A stretch of 64,000 nucleotides of DNA from Octopus vulgaris. Taxonomy: Eukaryota. Shown one piece after another: positions 54,429 to 64,000 of the stretch; positions within the stretch are counted from its first letter, which is position 1; every line of letters begins with the position of its first letter. The notes beneath the pieces were generated by a model. It searched no databases. It was not told where the DNA came from and saw nothing but the letters and a program-made list of their open reading frames with translations. The stretch spans positions 89,218,001 through 89,282,000 of the forward strand of contig OX597823.1 in the NCBI GenBank assembly GCA_951406725.2, written 5' to 3'. A program made the translations under genes and the position numbers.

Positions 54429-54807
54429 GTAGAGGAGCAATGGCCAAGTGGTTAGGGCAGTGGACACGCGGTTGTAGGATCGCGGTTTAGAATTCCCAGA
54501 CCAGGCGTTGTGAGTGTTTATTGAGCGAAAATACCTAAAGCTTCACGAGGCTCCGGCAGGAGTGGTGGCGAACCTTGCTGTACTATTTCCCCACAACTTT
54601 CTCTCTTTCTTTCTGTTTCTGTTGTACCTGTATTTCAAAGGGCCAGCCTTATCACACTCTGTGTCACGCTGAATCTCCCCGAGTTCTACGTTAAGGGTAC
54701 TCGTGTCTGTGGAGTGCTCAGCCACTTGCACGTTAATGTCATGAACAAGCTGTTCCGTTGATCGGATGAACTGGAACCCTCGTCGTCGTAACCGAGGGAG
54801 TGCCACG
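54429..54807 (+). mobile_element. tRNA-derived SINE family 3, tail variant X, full length with 13-bp TSD
   Basis: A box tggccaagtgg, B-box-like ggtttagaattcc. TSD ATACTAGCTGAGC at 54416-54428 and 54808-54820. Confidence 0.92.
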
Positions 54808-55071
54808 ATACTAGCTGAGCATGCCGTCGTTGCCGAGCAATTTTCACAATAAAATGCCTTATTTCATTTTTCTTTTTTTTGTTCCATGTCTTCACCGACG
54901 GATATACCTCTTGATTAGGACAGATTTCTGCATTGTTTGCGATAATTTTAAATGTACCGATAAACTAAGTTTTCGCTTTTCCATTTGGTGTATAAAAGTA
55001 AAGATTTTTCTTAACTCGCTGCTGATGTTCTGTGAGGGTTTTTAAACTTTGTTGCCTCAATAAAATGCCTT

Positions 55072-55104
<33 letters not shown>

Positions 55105-56028
55105 ACACACGTAAACACACACGCACTGAGATGCGCGCGCACATATACACACACATTTACACACACTCAGCGCGAACGATATGCATATACAGAATGTGAG
55201 AGAGATATGCATATACAGACTGTAACGACAAAGAGAGGTGAAAATTTAACATGACGAAAGCTTAAAAGAAAGAGATAGATAAATAGAGAGAAAGAGTTCT
55301 TCTGTTGCTTTTACAGATTTAAAACATTTTAAAATGAAGTGAAAACGTTCAAATTTGAGATATAGATGTACTTTTTCACGCAGAATTTGATTATTTTATT
55401 CATTTATTTCAGAAAAAAAAACTTTAGAAAAATGTTAGAGAGGTTTAAAGTCTAATTATATTTATCCGATCAGAAAACAAGATTTGGACGCTAGCATTTT
55501 CTGCGTGATAGCTATTCATCATAAAATGAAAGTAAACATTACAACGATGTAGTCTTAAACAAAATGAAAGCAATTGCAATATCATATCAAGAAAGAGAGA
55601 GGGCAGCAGTATACTTGAGATATATACATATAGAGAATGATAATAAATATATAGAGAGGAAAGGCATAAAAGAGTAAGAGACAACCTAATAGAGGCAGAC
55701 CTACATTGGTAGATATGTCGATCTAAAAATTGAGTTATTTCTAGCAGAAAATTAAATCTCTTGATCAATTATAATATTATTGACTGTTATGAACATTTAA
55801 ATTTGTCGACATTGAAGCTTTTAAAAATGTCTAATTCATAATTCTAAATTTTTTCCATTGATAAAAAAAATATTGTTGAAACTAGTTTGGCATTTATGTA
55901 AATAAATTCATTTTAAACAATTACAAGATTTTCAAATTTAGGTGCATTTTCAACAACAAATTTGCCTATATGTGAGTGTGCGTGTGTGTATGTATGTATA
56001 AATATATATATGCTTATACATACATACA

Positions 56029-56061
<33 letters not shown>

Positions 56062-56064
56062 TCA

Positions 56065-56225
56065 CGACGGGTTACTTTCAGTCTCCTTCAACCAAATCCA
56101 CCCACAAGGATCGGTTCGGCCGCGGCTGAGGTAGAATACAATTGCTAAATTGTGACGCAGTCGGACTGGACCCAGTACCATATGGTTGGGAAGCAAGCTT
56201 CTTAGCACGAAGCAACGCCTGTACC
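56065..56225 (-). mobile_element. SINE family 2 head
   Basis: Reverse-complement match (tggttgggaagcaagcttctt, aaatccacccacaagg). Confidence 0.75.
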
Positions 56226-56689
56226 TTTACGTACAAAACCAAATACATTGATGATTGGCATGATTATATAACATTTGGTGTATGATATTAAGTCTTTATT
56301 CTAACTTTGTATGTATGTCTTAGTTCCGTATGTTTAAATTTTCCAACTTTATACATTTTCCTTCAGTGTTATTTTCACTCAAATTTATTTCAGAATATAT
56401 AATATTGAAGAATATATAAACACAAATGTTTTATTGTTATTTATGTATTCTTGATAATCTTTGTATGTCTACGCCATGGTGTACGGAAACTATATTATGT
56501 TTCGGGTTATAAATTGATATGAATGGGGGCTTTTTCTCTATTCTCATCGTCTTATAATTTTACTAATGTTAATCTTCAGCCAGCTTTGATAGATTTATAG
56601 ATTTGTTGATATCTATACATATCTTTGTATATTTAGAAAGTATTCACCAGATATTATAAATTATTTCAGTGCGTGTGTGTATATATTTA

Positions 56690-56915
56690 TTCCTTTATTC
56701 TTTTACTTGTTTCAGTCATTTGACTGCAGCCATGCTGGAGCATCGCAGTTAAGGGTTTTAGTTGAAGAAATCGCCCCCAGGGCATATTCTTTGTAAGCCT
56801 AGTACTTATTCTATCAGTATATTTTACCGGACAGCTAAGTTACGGGGACGTAACCACCACCAGTTGTGAAGCAGTTGAGGTAGGGGATAAACACAGGAAA
56901 CAAAGACACACACAG

Positions 56916-56951
<36 letters not shown>

Positions 56952-57067
56952 GACTGGCTTTTTTGATCGACCCGGAGCTATAGTAGAAGACACTTGCCCA
57001 AGGTGACATGCAGTGAGACTGAATCTAGTGCCATGTGGTTGGGAAGCGAGCTTCTTACCACACAGTC
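56690..57067 (-). mobile_element. SINE family 2 copy
   Basis: ttttacttgtttcagtcatttgactgcagccatgctggagc..agtagaagacacttgcccaaggtg..tggttgggaagcgagcttcttaccacacag. Confidence 0.85.
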
Positions 57068-57069
57068 AA

Positions 57070-57100
<31 letters not shown>

Positions 57101-57330
57101 TGTATGTATGTATGTATGTATGTATGTATGTATGTATGTATGTATGTATGTATGTATGTATGTATGTATGTATGTAGATACAGATATACATATATATGAC
57201 ATTATTCAAACTGTCACTGATCTCGAGAAGGGAGAAATAAGCTATATTTAATCTCTAAGCGAGATATAAACAGTAGCAATACGGAATCGTAACATATAAA
57301 TGCCAACCAAGTGTGGCGTTCTATACAGGG

Positions 57331-57384
57331 TAGTACTACTGACGTTTAGTACTACTGACATTTAGTACTACTGACGTTTAGTAT
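57331..57384. repeat. 16-17-bp tandem repeat (tagtactactgacgtt) x3
   Basis: Direct reading. Confidence 0.9.
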
Positions 57385-57387
57385 TTG

Positions 57388-57932
57388 CGAGGGGAGGTCA
57401 TAGCTCCCTTACATGATGCACACGAACACGAGTTTCTGGGTAGTTACCCGTCCTTGCTCAGACATTAAAATAACTTGTTTCTTCTGTTTCAAGATCAGAG
57501 ACAGTTTGTCGTTGAAAAAGCATGAAGTATTTTGCGAGTGGAGTGAGTTTTCATCACTAGCTGATGATTAACACACGGATAACCACCCAGAAACTCGAGT
57601 CCCGGGCCAACTATGTAACGCGCCAATAGATTGCGGCACACAGTTGTGTGTGCAATGGGAGCTAACAGCAACCTTCACGGGAGAGTGCATCGAGTGACGT
57701 CATTATGTTTACTTCGTAAGTTTTGAAATTTGTGATCACGTGTAATTTGAGATTTTGTGATGGATAGGAAGTTGAAACAAAGAGCCAACGTGAAATCTTG
57801 CGTTAATCTTGAGAGGTCTGCTGTAGACACATTGCCCATACCCCGGCAATAGGTTGTAAACAATATTTCGAGTGGCACGGGCGCTTCAAAGGCGGAAGAA
57901 GACCCCTGGAAGACGATGAGCGAACTGGGAGA
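57388..57932 (+). mobile_element. Mariner 5' relic (N-terminal transposase at 57760-57932) with an inverted copy of its 5' UTR
   Basis: MDRKLKQRANVKSCVNL..FEWHGRFKGGRRPLEDDERTGR. 23-bp IR 57429-57451 / 57575-57597 (2 mismatches) plus tagctccc/gggagcta. Confidence 0.75.
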
Positions 57933-58730
57933 TAATTTTACATAATCTAAATCTCCACAACTATTTAATTTTTTCTCAATCTAAATCTCTTCAACTATTT
58001 AAGTTTTTCTCAAACTCTATTTAAAAGGCAAATTATAATCTGCAAACAGTAAAAATATTTATTTTCGTTGTAATGGATATTAGAAGAGAAGTACATGTAA
58101 AAATCAAGATACAAAGATGACAAAACAAGACTAGAAGTTAGGAGAAATACAAACGATATATTCAAAATTATCAAAAGTCAAAATAGCAAACACCTGGGGA
58201 TTCTAGCAAAAAGGCAAGAAAAAAACCAGTGAAGTTTTGACCCGACATGGCAAAGGTGAGACTGAACAAATCATTAATATCCAGTAGTATTAAATCTCCA
58301 AAAGATTGAGTGGAACATTAACGAAACAGATTTTCGCATGAAAAATATATTTTTGCAAATAAAGAATTGTTGATATTCTTTCACATCTTTTCTTGTAGGT
58401 TCTTCAATTCTACAATCTTACTTAGGGCCAAAAGCGCTACAACGATCCGTAGAAGCCAGAGTAAAAGTTTACCCGAAAGACAGTTTTTTCACATATTTAC
58501 ATACATACGTACACGCGCGCGTGCGCACACACACACACACGCACACACACACACATACACACACACACATATATATATGTATATATATATATATAGGTTT
58601 ATATGATTTTGTGCATATATATGCATTTGCAATTGTCTCTCTCCCTCTGTCTTTTTCTTTCTCCCGGTCTCTCTCTTACTCTCTCTTTATATGCACACAT
58701 ATCCATACCTATATATATATATATGTGTGT

Positions 58731-58794
<64 letters not shown>

Positions 58795-59172
58795 ATACAC
58801 GCACAAACATATACATGCACAGAGTCATACACATACATATTACTAACAGAAAGCGAGAGGTAGATAGTTGCGAAGAGCAAGAATTATGAGACACAAATGC
58901 AAAACAGAAAAGTACGAAATAAACGGAAACAAAAGGATTTGCTTAATTTGCTCAACAGCCATATTGAAATGTATAATTTAATTTCCTTTGAAATATCTAT
59001 CAACATATTTCTTCCGTTATTAATCTAATTATCTAATATGATAGTCTCATTGTGTTAATAACCTATATTAATGATGACAACAGCAGTTTCACATGTATAA
59101 TTGAGTGACTGTACATCCTCCACAGTGTTATATATCCATGTATTATCATCATCATCAGCAGCAGCAGCAGCC

Positions 59173-59231
<59 letters not shown>

Positions 59232-59269
59232 CAGCTATCACATGCTAATTTAATTAGCAGAGATGCCAT

Positions 59270-59740
59270 CCTAATGTTTAGAGAGAAGTATCCTCAAATC
59301 TCAAAATTTTTTTTACACAATACAGGATGGCACTTTACTGCAGGTCGGCATTGTGCGTCTCAATTCCAGTGTCATTCAGTATCTTAAGTAGCAGTTTGGT
59401 TAAAGTGTTGTTCCAATTGCACTAATTACCATAGGAACAACTTTTCACCTTTGTGTTCAACAGTCTCTTAATCTGTCTGGTTAAGTCTGGTTATTTCTCG
59501 GATTTTCTCAATTTATTTGATAGTCATTTTATATTACGTGGCATTGCAAAATCTACGACGAAATTTTTTTTTTTCTTTTTTTTTCGTCACTCTCCGATCA
59601 TATTTCGTCTCTTTACTCGAATAGGATAATCAGTCTCTATGGAGAAATTTCATAAAAGTCTGTAATTGTCATTCGTCATTACAAACTCTCGCTTATTTTC
59701 GAACCACCTATCCGTCACTTTGCATCACTAAATGTGTATC
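59270..59740 (-). mobile_element. Decayed R4/Dong-like RLE endonuclease fragment
   Basis: Minus strand VTDRWFENKREFVMTNDNYRLL*NFSIETDYPIRVKRR..VVDFAMP..VVPMVISAIGT. Confidence 0.75.
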
Positions 59741-60009
59741 ATTTAAACATTGAAGTAAGTTCCTTTTCTCCTCTTTAACATCTTTTCCTTCCATGAAGTA
59801 AATCTTGTTCTCCTTGGCTACTATATCTTTCATTTTAACCACATTTCTTTCAACTATTTCTTATTTAGTTTCCACTTTAACGTTCTTTCAATGTTTAGAA
59901 AATTTATTCCCACTCTAACTGATAAAGAAACTTTCTTGTCAGGATTAGATTTTACTTGTATAGAAGTATTTGTTCTATAAGGAACATATTTTTATTCATA
60001 TTATATTCA

Positions 60010-60360
60010 AATTATGTTTGGTTTGATTCAGGTTTGGTCTTATTCCTCGTACGATTTATGTGGGTAGCAGGTTACTACCTGTAACCTTAGGCATCCACAA
60101 GTTTTCAGTAGTCTTTCAAGTGCTTAGAACCCTCCTGATAATCCTTGCTGTTCCTAAGAGACAAACTTTGTGTAGGAGCTCTACAGGGCATTCTATTTCA
60201 ACCTCCTTCAGCCATTTCTCTATATCTTTGCATACTGCTCCCAACGCATCAATGATCATACACACGAATTTGACTGTTCTCATACTCCAGATTCTTCCTA
60301 TTACAAATTTTAAGAGATTGTATTTTCGTTTCGTGCTCATCCATTTCGATCCTGGAGCAT
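60010..60360 (-). mobile_element. R4/Dong-like LINE extreme 3' end (ORF C-terminus + 3' UTR) abutting (TTA)n
   Basis: RKYNLLKFVIGRIWSMRTVKFVCMIIDALGAVCKDIEKWLKEVEIECPVELLHKVCLLGTARIIRRVL*. Confidence 0.85.
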
Positions 60361-60383
60361 GGTTGTTGCTGTTGTTTTTGTTA

Positions 60384-60458
<75 letters not shown>

Positions 60459-60538
60459 CTTCGTAACACAGTGTAGGTAAAAATGCACCGGAGTCTTTAG
60501 TCTTCTGATAAGTCACATTATTATTATTATTATTATTA

Positions 60539-60581
<43 letters not shown>

Positions 60582-60611
60582 CATCATCATCATTATTATT
60601 ATCACTGTTGA

Positions 60612-60901
60612 GGCGGCGAGCTGGCAGAATCATTAGCACACTGGGGCAAAATGCTTAGCAGCATTTCGTCCGACTTTATGTTCTAAGTTTAAATCCTGCC
60701 GAGGTCGGCTTTACCTTTCATCCTTTCGGGGTCGATAAAATAAGTACCAGTTGAACACTGGGGTCGGTGTAATCGAATAACCCCTCCCCACAATTTCTGG
60801 CCTTGCTTATGCCTATAGTAGAAAGGATTGTTGTTGTTGTTGTTGTTGTTGTTGCTGCTGCTGTTATTGTTGTTGCTGTTGTTGTTGTTGCTGTTGTTAT
60901 T

Positions 60902-60945
<44 letters not shown>

Positions 60946-61170
60946 AGTAATAGATAGGCAGCATTTTTAGAGCGTTGGTCAAAATGTCTTGCACTTTTTT
61001 GTTTCAGCTCTTTACGTTTCGAGTTTAAATGTGGCCGAAACCAGCTTTCTCTTTCAACCTTCTGGGGTCGATAAAATAAAGCACCAACCGACTAACAGGA
61101 ATCGATGTAATTGACAAACTCTTCTCCTTAAAACTGCTGTCCTTGTACATAAACCAGAAACAATTAGTAT
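60612..61170 (+). mobile_element. Two SINE family 1 copies separated by (GTT)n
   Basis: 60612-60830 is full length; ~60955-61170 is degenerate. Confidence 0.85.
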
Positions 61171-62322
61171 TATTTAATATACAGAAATAGACAATGGTGC
61201 TCATTCGAATCCAAGATGACAACAATTGGCACAGTTGAAGGTTTAGGTTTTCTTATACCAAAGATATCATAATTATTTTCACTGATATTTGAAAAGGCAC
61301 CGCTGGTGAGTCACACATATAAGTCTAGTGCAACTAAAACTATACCATCCGTGACTAAAGAATGCAAAGAACTCAATATCATAAAAGACTTGGATATTAA
61401 TGACGGCTCATATCTGTATTGATTTGTTGAAATTAAGGACGATAGATCGGTAGCTGATAATGTCTGAGAAATGTCCTGTATGTGTGTGTGTGTGTTGTAA
61501 CCTAGCAGTTCAGCAAAAAGGACCAATGGAATAATTACAAGACTATCAATAAGAAGTGTTGTGACCGATTTGTTCAACTAGACTCTTCCAATCGTTGTTC
61601 CAGCATGGCCGCAGTCCAATGGCTGAAAGAAGTATAAGAATACACTGACAGATGCGCATATAAAAACGTATGATAGCAGGATGGCAGACTCGGTTGAATG
61701 TCGAAGAAAATAAACTGTTATTTCGTTACGCTATTTTAAGTTCACAGATCAAATACTTTCGAGGACCATTCTCCAAATCGATCAAACCAATAAACACAAA
61801 TCGATATCCCGGATGACGTAGGTAATCTAAGTAATCGATGATACCCTACAAGGTTGTACTCTAGCATGGTAACTACCAATAAAGAAGGCCATTAAAACAG
61901 AAAAAAGAAAAGCTATGCTTTGACAGTCATTAAAACTGAGGAAATAACGAAACAGAAGGTAGCCATTAAAATATGGAGAATAGGGACACTGCCATACAAT
62001 TAGCTACATAAGATATACGGTGTATCATAAATGCAAATATAAAAACAAAGTTCGTGGGTGGAGAGATATATGCATTGCAAAAATTAGAGATCAAGCAATT
62101 AGATAAGAATTCCGATGTGGAATAACAGTCTGTTGTCTATTGTGCCAAATAGCGCTATTGGAAGCCTGGCACAATATGGTAAAGTTTGTGGATGATGCAA
62201 CAAAACAAATAATTGCTTCCCGGTACAAGTGGTACAATACACAGAGAATAACAACGCAGCTAATAGTTTGTAAATATGTGTCTGTGTGTGTGTGTGTGTA
62301 TGAATTTATACATGCTTAAATT

Positions 62323-63240
<918 letters not shown>

Positions 63241-63456
63241 TCACAAGCCTAAGCAGTAGTACACAATATTAACAGAGTGAATGAAGATAGTGGCGAAAGA
63301 TAAAGAATGAGAGAGAAACAAAAAGTAAGAGAGGATGAAGGGGAGTTGGTCAGAGTGAAACAAAGAGCGAATTGCAAATTGCAATACATGCAGGTTTTAT
63401 TTTGTTTTCACTAACGCATGCCAACATATATACACACACAACACACACGCGCGCAT

Positions 63457-63518
<62 letters not shown>

Positions 63519-64000
63519 GCACGCACACATCATTGTACTATGTAGCGGAGAACCGTAGAAACTATACAAGTAATTTGAGTATCACTTTTCATCAGCTTTT
63601 CAAAAACTTTTCTTTTAAATTCAAAATATTTCGGAGATGAACTACTAGTTATGAACCTCCTAGAAACAGAGTTTATAGAGTAATATCTTCTCTTTTCATT
63701 AGTAACGTTCTCAAAGCCAAACGAATTTTAAAACTTTACCCATCTTTCCCAAAGTGTCGGTATTTTGATATTTTCCTATGCATATGTTTCCTGCTATTGT
63801 TGACTTGCTTAGCATATTCATGGAATTTAGGTGCGCGATGCATTAATGGTATGCGTCTCACTAGTCTAAGATGGATTGCAAATTCTATGGCTCCAATTTT
63901 TTTTCAGGGCCCAGCAAGATAAAAAAATGCTTTTTTGTTTGTTCCTGTACCCTGAGCTAAGTCTATCCTCATCAGGAATAGAAATTATTAAACAAATTCC

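Noticed and set aside
54429-54505. tRNA gene
   Set aside because: It is the head of a SINE with TSD; degenerate B box, no poly-T terminator, and it continues into a repeat body.

Overview
AT-rich eukaryotic (not prokaryotic) non-coding DNA. It is dominated by simple repeats ((TA)n, (CA)n, (TATG)n, (GATA)n, (GAT)n, (TAA)n) and interspersed repeats. The tRNA-derived SINE repertoire and repeat landscape look like an octopod cephalopod (Octopus-type) genome; this is inferred from pattern recognition, not a search. No host protein-coding gene could be recognised, and almost all listed ORFs are microsatellite translations. Supported features: a decayed Ty3/Gypsy pol fragment, three R4/Dong-like RLE-LINE fragments, an RTE fragment, several mariner relics (one folded back on itself), a hAT MITE with an 8-bp TSD, Helitron-like termini, three SINE head families with swapped tails, an older unclassified repeat and a short 28S rRNA-like fragment. 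The most interesting signal is a set of minimal type-I hammerhead-ribozyme-like motifs of the Penelope-like-element kind, in several unrelated short repeats mostly embedded in (TA)n. They carry non-canonical cores, including a compensatory U3-A8 core present twice at the outer ends of an apparently perfect 630-bp inverted repeat (46652-48307). Coordinates of decayed repeats are approximate.
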